The notes under the pieces: generated by a model
Databases searched by the model: none
Seen by the model: only the letters and a program-made list of their open reading frames with translations
Told to the model about the DNA's origin: nothing
Translations under genes and position numbers: made by a program
In this document: positions 18,226-28,740 of the stretch, piece after piece
How positions within the stretch are numbered: position 1 is the first letter of the stretch
Layout of the letters: the number at the start of each line of letters is the position of its first letter
From: an uncultured Nitrososphaeraceae archaeon
GTDB lineage: Archaea > Thermoproteota > Nitrososphaeria > Nitrososphaerales > Nitrososphaeraceae
Direction of reading: 5' to 3'
NCBI GenBank assembly: GCA_963837175.1
Contig: CAWIMJ010000055.1
Coordinates: 1-30,948, forward strand
Length of the DNA: 30,948 nucleotides

Positions 18226-19125
18226 ATGATTCCTAGAAGTAATAAGAATAATAATAAACCAAATGGAGAAATCACCCGTATTGCTATTATAACAGGTAGT
18301 TCAAGCGGGATAGGATTTGAAACAGCTTTGAAATTAGCAAGAAATGGATTTCATACTTATGCTACAATGCGTAACCTTGAAAAATCAAAAAAAATAACAG
18401 AAATAGCCAATACTGAAAAATTGCCATTGAAAGTTGTTCAGCTGGATGTCAACGATGATATATCTGTTAAAAATGCAATTAACAAAATAGTATCAGCAGC
18501 AGAAAACAAGAGAATCGATGTATTAGTAAACAACGCAGGATATGGACTTTTTGGACCTCTTGAGGATTTATCAATTGAAGATATAAAAGCACAATTTGAA
18601 ACTAATTTTTTTGGAGTAATACGTGTAACACAGCAAGTTCTTCCTGTCATGAGGAAGCAGACCAGTGGTGGTGGCACAATAGTAAATGTAAGTTCAGTTG
18701 GAGGGCGCATGGGTATTCCTGTTTTGTCTGCGTATCAAAGTACAAAGTTTGCATTAGAAGGTCTAAGCGAATCAATGTCATATGAACTGGAGCCATTTGG
18801 AATTAGAGTAGTTATAATTGAACCCGGCTTTATCAGAACTAACATTATAAACTCAAGCACTTCAGTAGAAAAAGCTTTAGATCCAAAATCACCATATTTT
18901 CAACTAATGCAAAAGGTAAAGAACCACTTTAAATCAATGCTGGAAAATGAATCATCATCCTCTCCACCAGAAGAGGTAGCAAAAGTTATACTACAGGCCA
19001 TAACATCTGAAAATCCACAACTAAGATACACGGTAGGTAATGATGCTGCTACTATAATACAAGCAAGAATGAATATGTCTGACAAGGAGTTTCGAAAAAT
19101 GGTAATTCAAAACTTTTCATTATAG
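18226..19125 (+). CDS. Classical SDR, paralogue of 1620-2537
   Basis: TGSSSGIG, VNNAGYG and YQSTK. Confidence 0.95.
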   Translation: MIPRSNKNNNKPNGEITRIAIITGSSSGIGFETALKLARNGFHTYATMRNLEKSKKITEIANTEKLPLKVVQLDVNDDISVKNAINKIVSAAENKRIDVLVNNAGYGLFGPLEDLSIEDIKAQFETNFFGVIRVTQQVLPVMRKQTSGGGTIVNVSSVGGRMGIPVLSAYQSTKFALEGLSESMSYELEPFGIRVVIIEPGFIRTNIINSSTSVEKALDPKSPYFQLMQKVKNHFKSMLENESSSSPPEEVAKVILQAITSENPQLRYTVGNDAATIIQARMNMSDKEFRKMVIQNFSL

Positions 19126-19918
19126 ATCTCTGGGTATGATAAATGCACTAAGTGTCATAAGTCAAGTGTCATAGTGTAGATCGCCATCATCACTTTCAAC
19201 ACATCTCAAATCATATATTCGTAAAACCTATTTGCAGACATATGTGACTTTATCTGCTGGTTTACCTTTCTTTCATTTGATGAGTGCTCTAATAAATTCC
19301 TCTGTAAATAATAATAATTATGTATGACTGCAACTGGGGGGATTAACTTGTGCAGTTGGCCGCCCTTATTTCTTCCAAGTTGAATACAAGGGCATTTAAA
19401 CTATTTGTAGAAAGGATTAGTTGCAACCGGGGTTCGACTGACCTTCATATATGCTATTGATAGATATTATACAATGATTGATAAAGTATGGAAGTTAAAT
19501 TATCTTATTTCTCTTGCTACTCAAAACAATAGAACTTCATAGCTAGTCGAAGGGCATTAAGTATATTCGAGGATATACTCCCTTAGCTAATACCACTTCA
19601 TTATTTACCGCAGTTCTCAGTGAAGTTATAAGCCAATTAAATCATTTTGGATGTACTGCTACAAGTCACTTTGATAACCAATCAGGAAAAAGAAAAACAA
19701 GAAAAATTGAGACTCTCAAATATAGGAACATTTGGATAGCCTATTGAATTCAGGCATAATAGTTATTGAAATCTTCCTAATGAGTTGCCTGTCTCTTCCT
19801 GCAATTATGCTCTAAGTTACAATGTTAAATATGAATTCAAGATAACCACGGAGGTTCATGTAAAGTGAGTATTGATTAATTTAAAGCATTTATAGTCTTC
19901 AATTTTTATCCTTATACA

Positions 19919-20338
19919 GTGACAACAAAAATTTTTGTAAACCTACCGGCAAAAGATCTTAATAAAACAATAGAGTTCTTTACCAAACTTGGTTTTAAGT
20001 TTAACCCTCAATTTACCGATGAGAATGCATCATGTATGATTGTTGGTGAAGATATATTCGTCATGCTCTTGGTTGAAAAATTTTTTAAAACTTTTACTAA
20101 AAAGGAAATTTGCGATACTTCAAAAAATACAGAGGTAATAGTGGCATTATCCGTCGAAGGTAGAGAAAAAGTAGATAAGATGATAAACAAGGCTATAGAG
20201 GCTGGAGGCAGGGAATATAGAGAACCGCAAGACCATGGTTGGATGTACGGACGAAGTTTTGAGGACATCAACGGACATATTTGGGAAATAATATACATGG
20301 ACAAAAGCGCTTTAAAAAATGATGAAAAACCTTCATGA
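19919..20338 (+). CDS. VOC/glyoxalase family protein
   Basis: IFVNLPAKDL..TIEFF..LGF.FNPQFTDE and QDHGWMYGRSFEDINGHIWE. TTTATA about 25 nt upstream of the GTG. Confidence 0.95.
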   Translation: MTTKIFVNLPAKDLNKTIEFFTKLGFKFNPQFTDENASCMIVGEDIFVMLLVEKFFKTFTKKEICDTSKNTEVIVALSVEGREKVDKMINKAIEAGGREYREPQDHGWMYGRSFEDINGHIWEIIYMDKSALKNDEKPS

Positions 20339-20779
20339 CAGGTGTTTCAGTAGAATCAGCCTAACTAACAATCGATGATACATATCTCAGAACCCTCGAT
20401 AAGACAGGACCAGCTCAAGCTTCACGAGATCTGGCCAGCGTCGAAGCAGATGCAGTATTAAATCCCAATTCATTAAACAAAAATACGCGACATTGCAAAA
20501 TCACACGATAGCGGTCACGAAGACGTAGCCCATGAAGCTTCAATGTCTATTTCAGATAAATTATCTACTGGAGCAAAGCCAATAACAGCATCCGCAGAGA
20601 ATTCTATACCAGACTCAGCATCACTTAAAGCAGCAGATGGAGGAACAGGAAGAGGAGCCTTATCAGCAACTGATGATGGAACAACTACACAAGGAGACGC
20701 AGCAACAGAGGTTAGTACGACACCACTAGATGGACAATCAGTAGGTCAATTAGAAAATAAGTTGATTAACAGAAAATAA
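20335..20779 (+). pseudogene. Decayed Ala/Thr/Asp-rich hypothetical gene
   Basis: Coding-like codons run from the ATG at 20335 (overlapping the VOC stop as ATGA) through one TAA and one frameshift (about 20480) into ORF 20543-20779. Confidence 0.4.
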
Positions 20780-20877
20780 AGAAGAATAAATAAACAGATT
20801 AATATAACTTATAAACCTAAAATCATTAGAGTAGTGAAGATAAAGATTGTACATCGTAGAAACGGTAGATAAGTTGA

Positions 20878-22773
20878 ATTGTAATTACACTTATAAAAAA
20901 TAACAATAATAGTGGTAAAGAAACCGAAAATATAGAGAAGAATAATAATAACAATATAAAAGAATTTATTCCTCCAAAAAATAATAATTACCACAGTGCT
21001 ATTATAAATAGTGATTCCTATGAAAGTAGTGAAAATGAAACCACAAAAATATTTCATGGTACTGAGAATTCAACTAAAGCACTTGTAGAATTTGTATCTA
21101 AAGCAAAACAGAGGGTAGATTCTGTTGTAGATTCTACAGCACCATCTATTATTATTGGAACTGATTCTATAAGAAAAGAAAGACTTTCTGCTGCTAAGAA
21201 TAGAGGTGTAAAGTTTAGATATGTTACTGAAATCACAAAAGATAATATTTCTTATTGTAAAGAGATGTTAAAATTTGCTTCTGAAATTCGTCATTTAGAT
21301 GGAATTAAAGGTAACTTTGAAGTAAGTGATGAGAGGGAATATGTTGGTAGTGCGAATTTCCAAAACTCTAAACCACTCCCTCAACTCATATACAGTAATG
21401 TCAAAGAGATAGTAGAGCAACAGCAATTTATATTTGAGAGCTTTTGGAACAGAGCAATGCCATCTGAACAAAAGATTAGAGAAATAGAGTATGGCATCGT
21501 ACCAGAAGTTACAGAGGTTATTCAAAGTCCTGAGGATGCTGAAAAGCTAGAGTGGAATCTTTTACGAAAGGCTAAAAAAGAAGTCAATATAATATATTCT
21601 ACAGCTAATGCATTTTATATTCAAGACAATACAGGAACAATAGAATTTTTAAATCAATTAGCAGAAGAGGGTATTAGTATCAAACTTCTTACTCCTACAG
21701 ATGATTATATAATAAAAACACTACAGAACTTAAATCAGCATCAACATCATAATCAAAACCAGCAGCAACATAATAATAATAAGATAATAGACTTTCGTAA
21801 TATTGCACCGACATTAGGAATTAAATTCAAATCATTGATAATCGATAGAAAGTATTCTTTAATTATGGAATTAAAAGATGATTTAAAACAAAATATTAGT
21901 ACAGCAGAAGCTTTAGGATGGTCAACATATTCAAATAGTCAGGCAACCGTTTTATCTTATCTTTCAATATTTGAAACTCTATGGAGACAAACAGAACTAA
22001 ATGAACAATTACAGCAATCTGACCGTATAAAGACTGAATTTATCAATTTAGCAGCACATGAGTTAAGAACACCAATTATGCCTATCATAGGATATGCAGA
22101 AATGCTAGAAGAAGAATTAGGAGAGGAGGATAAGAAAAGAGAAAGCACTGCAGCTATAATTCGTAATGCAAAAAGATTACAGCGCCTAGCAGACGACATA
22201 CTAGATGTTACAAGAATAGAAACTAATACTTTACATATAGATAAACAACAAGTCAATCTGAACGATCTAATTTTAAATGTGTTAGACGACATAGTGATAA
22301 ATACAAAAGAAGAGGAATTGCAAGGTGGTCATGCTGATAATAACAGGTGCAAATTATTATACAAAGCCTGTGAAGAAGAAATAATTATACAAGCTGATAA
22401 AACCAGACTGATTCAAGTTATTTACAATCTACTACACAATGCAATAAAATTCACAAAAGAAGGAACTATATCTATTCTGGTAGAAAAAAAGAAAGATGAT
22501 GAGAATAATAATAACAATAATAACAATAATAAGTATAGCAACAACAAAAAAGAAGTAATTATTAGCGTCAAAGATACTGGTTCTGGAATAGACTCTGAAA
22601 TATTCCCACGTCTATTTTCAAAGTTTGCTTCAAAATCATCTAGAGGTACTGGATTAGGTTTGTTTATATCAAAAAGTATTATCAAAGATCATGGAGGGAA
22701 AATATGGGCTGAAAATAATGCTGATGGAAAAGGAGCTACATTTAGTTTTAGCCTACCAACCACTAATGAATGA
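20878..22773 (+). CDS. Soluble sensor histidine kinase; true start lies upstream of the tracked ATG at 21265
   Basis: H-box AAHELRTP, N-box NLLHNAIKF, G1 DTGSGI, G2 GTGLGLFI. The frame is stop-free from 20878 and encodes ETTKIFHGTENST...DSTAPSII...RGVKFRYVTEITKDNISYCKE before 21265. Confidence 0.9.
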   Translation: MVITLIKNNNNSGKETENIEKNNNNNIKEFIPPKNNNYHSAIINSDSYESSENETTKIFHGTENSTKALVEFVSKAKQRVDSVVDSTAPSIIIGTDSIRKERLSAAKNRGVKFRYVTEITKDNISYCKEMLKFASEIRHLDGIKGNFEVSDEREYVGSANFQNSKPLPQLIYSNVKEIVEQQQFIFESFWNRAMPSEQKIREIEYGIVPEVTEVIQSPEDAEKLEWNLLRKAKKEVNIIYSTANAFYIQDNTGTIEFLNQLAEEGISIKLLTPTDDYIIKTLQNLNQHQHHNQNQQQHNNNKIIDFRNIAPTLGIKFKSLIIDRKYSLIMELKDDLKQNISTAEALGWSTYSNSQATVLSYLSIFETLWRQTELNEQLQQSDRIKTEFINLAAHELRTPIMPIIGYAEMLEEELGEEDKKRESTAAIIRNAKRLQRLADDILDVTRIETNTLHIDKQQVNLNDLILNVLDDIVINTKEEELQGGHADNNRCKLLYKACEEEIIIQADKTRLIQVIYNLLHNAIKFTKEGTISILVEKKKDDENNNNNNNNNKYSNNKKEVIISVKDTGSGIDSEIFPRLFSKFASKSSRGTGLGLFISKSIIKDHGGKIWAENNADGKGATFSFSLPTTNE

Positions 22774-23363
22774 CAATAAGCCCTTCGCGTTTGTAAAATG
22801 ATATTATAGATTCTCAGGTAATTATTTCTTTGTCCTCCTCCTTCTTTGTGTATTCTGGGAATATATTTCTATAAATAAATAAAACGAATCCTGAGGCTAT
22901 AAAATAAAGTCAAATCTGTCTATCACATCCGACCTAATCTGCTACTATATCATTGCTTTCTTGATCAGAATTACGTAGTCTTGGAGAATTAAAATAGGTA
23001 ATAAGCTTGCATATTTATCATATGGAAAACTTTCTTTTGTTATTGTATTTTGTAATGTCAGAACATCATCTAAATCAAGATTTCCTCCTTTTATTAGCAT
23101 GCCTACATAGTAAATCATTTCATCAATTTTTTCTGCTGCGGTAGAAAGAAATGACTATCTTGATTCTTCAGGGACAAAAAAGTATTGTCTATCTTGTTAC
23201 CGTATGCTTCTTTTTGACTTTTACCTTCTTGGATTCGCTTTTCAGCATTGTCTTCGAAGGTTTCATTTGAGCCTCTTTAAAACAATAAAGTCATCACAGG
23301 CTGACGATAATTAGCAAGATCTGAAGAGCCTCTGAGGATGTCTGTACGATTTTCTGCCATTAT

Positions 23364-23479
23364 TATACTAACTAACAAAAGTTCGTTTATAGATTTTTCT
23401 TAATATGTAAGGTTTACTATGCTTAAAAAATCCTTTTAATTGGTTTTAAAAGATATACGAAATTATGTTAGGCAGTATA
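23364..23479 (+). mobile_element. 116-bp MITE, copy 2
   Basis: TATACTAACTAACA...TGTTAGGCAGTATA; near-identical to 2921-3036. Confidence 0.88.
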
Positions 23480-24142
23480 CTTTTTCCTTCTTGCTCTTCC
23501 ACAATATATCATTACGCCGGCATGTAAATCCAATAAATTCTGGAATGATGAATAACCAAAAGCATTTTACTAGAGGAGCATGATAATCTGGCTAACTAGC
23601 AATATGCCACCTACAAGTCCGGCAAATAGCTCCATTAGTATTAATATAGTCACTAATTGATCCTTGTTCACAGTAATATACTACATTTTAATGAAAAAGA
23701 TTTCTACTAGGTTAAGTGGTAAAAGAGAGTCAGCTCTGTTTCACATTCCACCACATAGCAGTCAGATCTTTCTTGCATTACTAAATGTTAGAGCAGATTA
23801 TACCGATTAGCTTTTAATTGCTTCATCACATAGTCAACTTTTACGGCTGTTACCTTGTCTATTGTAGTAGGATTCTTTGTATCATGTTTCGTTGCATTAA
23901 TAGGCTAAAAAATCACTTCACTATTATAAAATACAGGGCTTCTGAAAGTAATTGTACTATTTTTGATGTGTAAACTTCACTACTGCATTTTCCACCTCTA
24001 ATTAAACGAGGGCAGTTTTGAACTGATTTCATATACTCATATATTGTATGCAATTTATTAGGCGGAACAATATCAATACGTTCCTGTTCTTGTTTTATAA
24101 GGTAGTATGTAAAAGTACTATAAGGTGCAGTAATAATTAGTT

Positions 24143-24433
24143 ATGATTACTGATAATACTAGTAGTAATGGTAGCAGATACAGACACAATAATAATAGCC
24201 GCATAGCAGACGAAAGTGATGAAAAGAATGTGAAGGAGTTAAACAGAGAGATAATGACAATTTTTGGAATATACAAAGCATCATTTGGCCACGCTTCTGC
24301 TTCATTGCTAAGTGTACTATCATATTTATCAGATAATTATATAAGACAACATCCAGAAAGTAAAAAGATATTGTCAGAGTATTTTGAAAAGGAGTTTGAT
24401 AAGTTTTTGGATAGGTTTAAACAGCAACTTTAG
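24143..24433 (+). CDS. Hypothetical protein
   Basis: 96-codon ATG ORF with protein-like helical composition. No motif recognised. Confidence 0.55.
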   Translation: MITDNTSSNGSRYRHNNNSRIADESDEKNVKELNREIMTIFGIYKASFGHASASLLSVLSYLSDNYIRQHPESKKILSEYFEKEFDKFLDRFKQQL

Positions 24434-24968
24434 CAGTCACAACTTTAGATGTCTATATATAGATATACTAAAATTTTACTTTTTGACTTACGTTATTATC
24501 TTTAGTATGAGGCATAAAGAAATTGGAGCCAGTCTTAGACTTGAACGCTCTTATAACTAGAGTAAGATTAACTCCCAGCCATTTATATGTGCAGAGAAAA
24601 ACTTAGGACTTTATCCAACCTCTTACTACTATATTCATAGCACCATCGTCAATCAACGAACCTGATAAAGGATGTCTGAAACCAATACATCCACAATGAT
24701 TGTCTCCCCACAAACGTACTGGTTCGATGTATTCAAAGCACTCCTAAACGTTACCGTCACCTTCAGCATCACAAAAAGGATGTATTTCATAGACCACGTT
24801 TATATCAGTATATTTTAAGGGCACTGCCATCCCCTTGTCGCTCCAACTAAACCTGGCGGGTCGTGATTCCCAAGCTCTTGATTAAATTGTAGGCCCTCAT
24901 CTTGGGGACTATATAGATTGTAAAATTTATCTACTAGATGTTCTGTTGCATTTCCAACAGTATTGTTT

Positions 24969-25092
24969 AAGATCTATTCATGTTACTTTATTTTCTATCC
25001 TTGCCTGTTATATCTTCTTCGAAGCTGACAGAAAAAGGGGTTAGTGAATGTTGATAAATTTCAGTTTACTTCTCTGTGGGCAGACTGGCTAC
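24969..25092 (+). pseudogene. ade: 3'-terminal fragment of adenine deaminase (copy B)
   Basis: DLFMLLYFLSLPVISSSKLTEKG-(frameshift)-LVNVDKFQFTSLWAD, compared with the family pattern DPFMTLSFLSLPVIPxLKLTDKGLVDV. Confidence 0.7.
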
Positions 25093-25226
25093 TGATTTGC
25101 AGCATACCCATGGCAAACAATGATGAACAATTCGAAGATGATAGTAAGAACAATATTTTTCAACATCTTGAATTCAATAAGGAAAGCATATTAGATTTGG
25201 CCGAACGCAATTATGTAATAGATTAA
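25093..25226 (+). pseudogene. Fragment resembling the C-terminus of a multicopy Nitrososphaeraceae coiled-coil hypothetical protein family
   Basis: ICSIPMANNDEQFEDDSKNNIFQHLEFNKESILDLAERNY. Recognised from memory only. Confidence 0.35.
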
Positions 25227-25681
25227 ATTTACTCGTAAAGTGATCAGAAAATAAAGAAAGCAACCGGAAAAGAATTACTATGAAATAGAGCACGTCCTAC
25301 TTAAGCAATGTTCTCCGTTACAACAGTTCTTTCCTATGTTACAAACATGGCTCATTAGTCATTCAATATAACATAAACATCACCGCTGATATGTCTATCT
25401 AAAAATATGTTATCAGATTTAAATCACATTCACAACATACTCTCTATGTACTGTGCAAATTTCATATATCACTCAACACAACTCTCAGTTAATTTGCTAA
25501 GTAAAATGATATAATTGCTACTATTGGATGCCAAATTTACTAGACTTTACTCGTTATATAAAAAATAAAGGAGGAATGAACTTGTCAAATTGCTTGTCTA
25601 TATAAGAGCATTCAGACTCAACGCAGATTCCAAATATTGTAAAGGCTAATCTTATATTATTAAACAGGCATAATTTTTAGT

Positions 25682-27490
25682 ATGAGAGTCTCAGCGGATG
25701 ATAGAATTGATAAAAAATATTCACAAATAGAAAACGAACAAATTCATAACCATTCGTCATTCCAATCAGATGATAATAATAATAATGATATTAATAATAT
25801 CAATCAGTTAGCTGTGAAAGCTTCTGATCTCTTCATCAGATGCTTAGAAGCAGAAGGTGTTGAATACATTTTTGGTTTGCCAGGAGAAGAAACAAATGAC
25901 TTAATAATGTCGATATTAAATTCAAATATCAAATTTATCTTAGTCAGACATGAACAAGGAGCTGCTTTTATGGCTGATGTATATGGGAGAATAACACAAA
26001 AAGTAGGAGTGTGTCTTTCTACGTTAGGACCGGGTGCAACAAATCTTACAACAGGCGTCGCAAATGCAAACATGGACAGGTCTCCGGTATTGGCAATAAC
26101 TGGGCAAACACATACAAATCTACTGCATAAAGAGTCCCATCAAAATATGGATGTTATAACCATGTTCAAACCTATAACAAAGTGGAGATGGTCAATACGA
26201 AATGCTGATAGTATCCCAGAAATTGTAAGAAGAGCCTTTAAGATATCAATAGATGAAAAAGCTGGAGCAGTACATATTGAATTACCTGAGGATGTAGCCA
26301 AAATGAAATCTGCTATAAAACCGATAACAAAGGCACAAGAACTCGTAAGATCCATGCCCCACAAAGATCTGATAAAACATGCAGCTAAAATGATCTGGAA
26401 ATCAAAAAGGCCTTTAGTGTTGGTTGGAAATGGTTGTATACGAGGAAAAGCTATCTCGCATTTGAGAAAATTTGTAGATAAAACAGGAATCTATTCAGTG
26501 AATACATTCATGGCAAAAGGAGTAATATCTGATAGGTTAGAAACACATTTGCAAACAATAGGAATCAAAGAAGCAGATCATGCTTTGATAGCAATGCATG
26601 AATCTGATTTAGTAATTGCAATAGGATATGATCTTGTTGAATATAGTCCAAAACACTGGAATAAGAAATTAAACAAAAATATTATTCATATTGATTTTAC
26701 TCCTGCCGAAGTTGATACATATTATCCTCCAACTATTGAAATTGCTGCGGATATTGGATATACAATAGATGCTATTTTACATGAACTACAAAAACAAGAA
26801 AAAAATGAAAATATGATTCAAAAAGACTTCGCTTATGATAAAGAAAGTTTAGATCTATTTAAGAGGATTAAAAGAGAAGTAATTCAGAGGCTTGGAAGTT
26901 TCAAACATGATGATTTCTCCTATCCAATTAAACCTGAGAAATTGATAAGGTTTGTAAGAAATGCTCTTAATGAAAATGATATTGTCATATCAGACGTAGG
27001 AGCTCATAAACTATGGATAGCAAAAGTATACGATACTTATTCTCCAAATACCTGTATCATTCCTAATGGCTTTTGTTCAATGGGATTTTCACTCCCGGCT
27101 GCCATTGGAGCCCAACTTGCAAAACCTAATCGAAAAATTGTATCTATGTGTGGAGATGGTGGATTTTTGATGAATGTTCAGGAATTAGAAACTGCTGTTC
27201 GTTTACAATTACCTATAATAGTCATTGTATGGTGTGATAATGATTTTGGTATGATATCTTTAAAACAAATTGACGAATTTGGAGAGAGTGCATTTACTCA
27301 ATTCAACAATCCTGATTTTGCTAAACTTGCTCAAAGTTTTGGAGCGTTAGGATATAATGTTAAATCTACTTCAGAATTTCCTAAGATCTTGGAAAAAGCA
27401 AAAGAATCAACTTCTGTTCCTGTGATAATATCAATCGAGGTAGATTATTCGAGAAATCGCATTTTAATCGATGATGATTTTAGAAGCTAA
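25682..27490 (+). CDS. ThDP-dependent enzyme, acetolactate synthase large-subunit family
   Basis: GVEYIFGLPGEE, RHEQGAAFMA, GPGATN and the ThDP motif GDGGFLM...WCDN. Confidence 0.95.
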   Translation: MRVSADDRIDKKYSQIENEQIHNHSSFQSDDNNNNDINNINQLAVKASDLFIRCLEAEGVEYIFGLPGEETNDLIMSILNSNIKFILVRHEQGAAFMADVYGRITQKVGVCLSTLGPGATNLTTGVANANMDRSPVLAITGQTHTNLLHKESHQNMDVITMFKPITKWRWSIRNADSIPEIVRRAFKISIDEKAGAVHIELPEDVAKMKSAIKPITKAQELVRSMPHKDLIKHAAKMIWKSKRPLVLVGNGCIRGKAISHLRKFVDKTGIYSVNTFMAKGVISDRLETHLQTIGIKEADHALIAMHESDLVIAIGYDLVEYSPKHWNKKLNKNIIHIDFTPAEVDTYYPPTIEIAADIGYTIDAILHELQKQEKNENMIQKDFAYDKESLDLFKRIKREVIQRLGSFKHDDFSYPIKPEKLIRFVRNALNENDIVISDVGAHKLWIAKVYDTYSPNTCIIPNGFCSMGFSLPAAIGAQLAKPNRKIVSMCGDGGFLMNVQELETAVRLQLPIIVIVWCDNDFGMISLKQIDEFGESAFTQFNNPDFAKLAQSFGALGYNVKSTSEFPKILEKAKESTSVPVIISIEVDYSRNRILIDDDFRS

Positions 27491-28429
27491 ATAGTTTCCT
27501 TACATCCAAGGAGTTCTAAAAAGAAAATTGACTTGTATGATAAGTAATGGTACTGGTGTAATCAGACATCAACTCACAACATTACAGGAAATGAACTATA
27601 GGATGTTCCTATTGTAGGGGAACTTTTTAGATCATCTATCTATAACGCTGGAGTTTATGTTATGATTAGAGTAAATATTCAGTAATCTAGTTGTTCAATA
27701 GAACATAAAAATAACTTCTTTTCAACTTTTAGCATATTTGCTAAAATATCTACAATTTTCTTCATCAACATTATTGTTTTTTTCTTAGGTTCTACCGCTA
27801 GAGATGGCTACCTTTATCATATGCATAAAACTAAAGATTTTAGCAAAAGTTGCAAATAAAAAATTATTTACGCTCACTTAAACTGAATAAAGGAGGTGAT
27901 TTTGATAGACTAATCTGGATGCTGCTGTTGGCAAATGGGTATGAACGCTCAGCCACTGTTATTCATAAAGTATCTAATATTGAACAAAATTAACTGTATG
28001 TTGTAATAGGGTGTCTTAATGGTATTAATTAAGACAACATCTATATCCGTATATGAGTAATTTCTATTTCAACAAGAACAGCTAATGCTATTTTGATTAA
28101 GAAATAAGGTAATTCGTACATCGTGCGTAATTATCAATTATTATTACACTTTATTGCCTAACGACCTCTCTATACAATGTATGTATTGCAAGTTTTACAA
28201 TTCTTTTTCGATAGCTCGATATATAACTGGAAAAGTCATAAAGTATAAAATCAGAGAGAGCTGAAGACTTTACAAAAAATTGGACCTTTTCTTCCTACTG
28301 TCATGCTTGCAAAAAAGAATGATGTTCTTACAAACCTCATTGATTAGCATTAACTTGGCAAAGGAATCTGGGATAAATAATATACCTCTGCTTACATATT
28401 GAACACTAAAAAGAGAAACAGCGATTGAG

Positions 28430-28549
28430 GAATGATTGCAGGCTAGTTAGTCGGTACGCTGCTGGAGTTCAATAGAAGAAGCAGCTGTTATGATTCCGGA
28501 CATAGCAGAAATAGTACCTGATGAAAAAGCCTCTTATCATGAGGTATAA
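28430..28549 (+). pseudogene. Possible C-terminal fragment of an FGGY carbohydrate kinase
   Basis: MIAG...CWSSIEEAAVMIPDIAEIVPDEKASYHEV* resembles the FGGY tail pattern 'G.wssleEA......e...Pd......Y.e.Y'. Confidence 0.3.
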
Positions 28550-28740
28550 TAGTGGGATTTTATTTACCTAAGTATACTATAATAAATATACATACACATA
28601 TACATACACCATATTAACAGGGGCGGTAAACATGGCCTGTGGCCATATAAACGTCATAATAACTAATTATTTTGCCTTTTATAAAAACATGCTAAGCATA
28701 CTTATATCTTAAAGTGGTGATTGATTTGTATAGTATATAT

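Noticed and set aside
19426-19445. GGTTCGACT resembling a tRNA T-loop
   Set aside because: No pairing T-stem or cloverleaf around it
24600-24910. Slightly GC-richer segment
   Set aside because: No convincing frame or structure found; probably decayed coding DNA
24939-24953. TGTTCTGTTGCA resembling an IS6-family terminal repeat
   Set aside because: No partner repeat or IS6 transposase sequence seen
25044-25226. 60-aa ORF as a real gene
   Set aside because: Appears to be a chance fusion of ade fragment B with an unrelated gene fragment
1706-26364. Antisense or overlapping short ORFs (e.g. 1706-1927, 4172-4468, 7957-8247, 8356-8655, 9761-10024, 17261-17500, 18438-18710, 20008-20304, 21957-22292, 25804-26073)
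   Set aside because: Shadows of well-supported genes on the other strand
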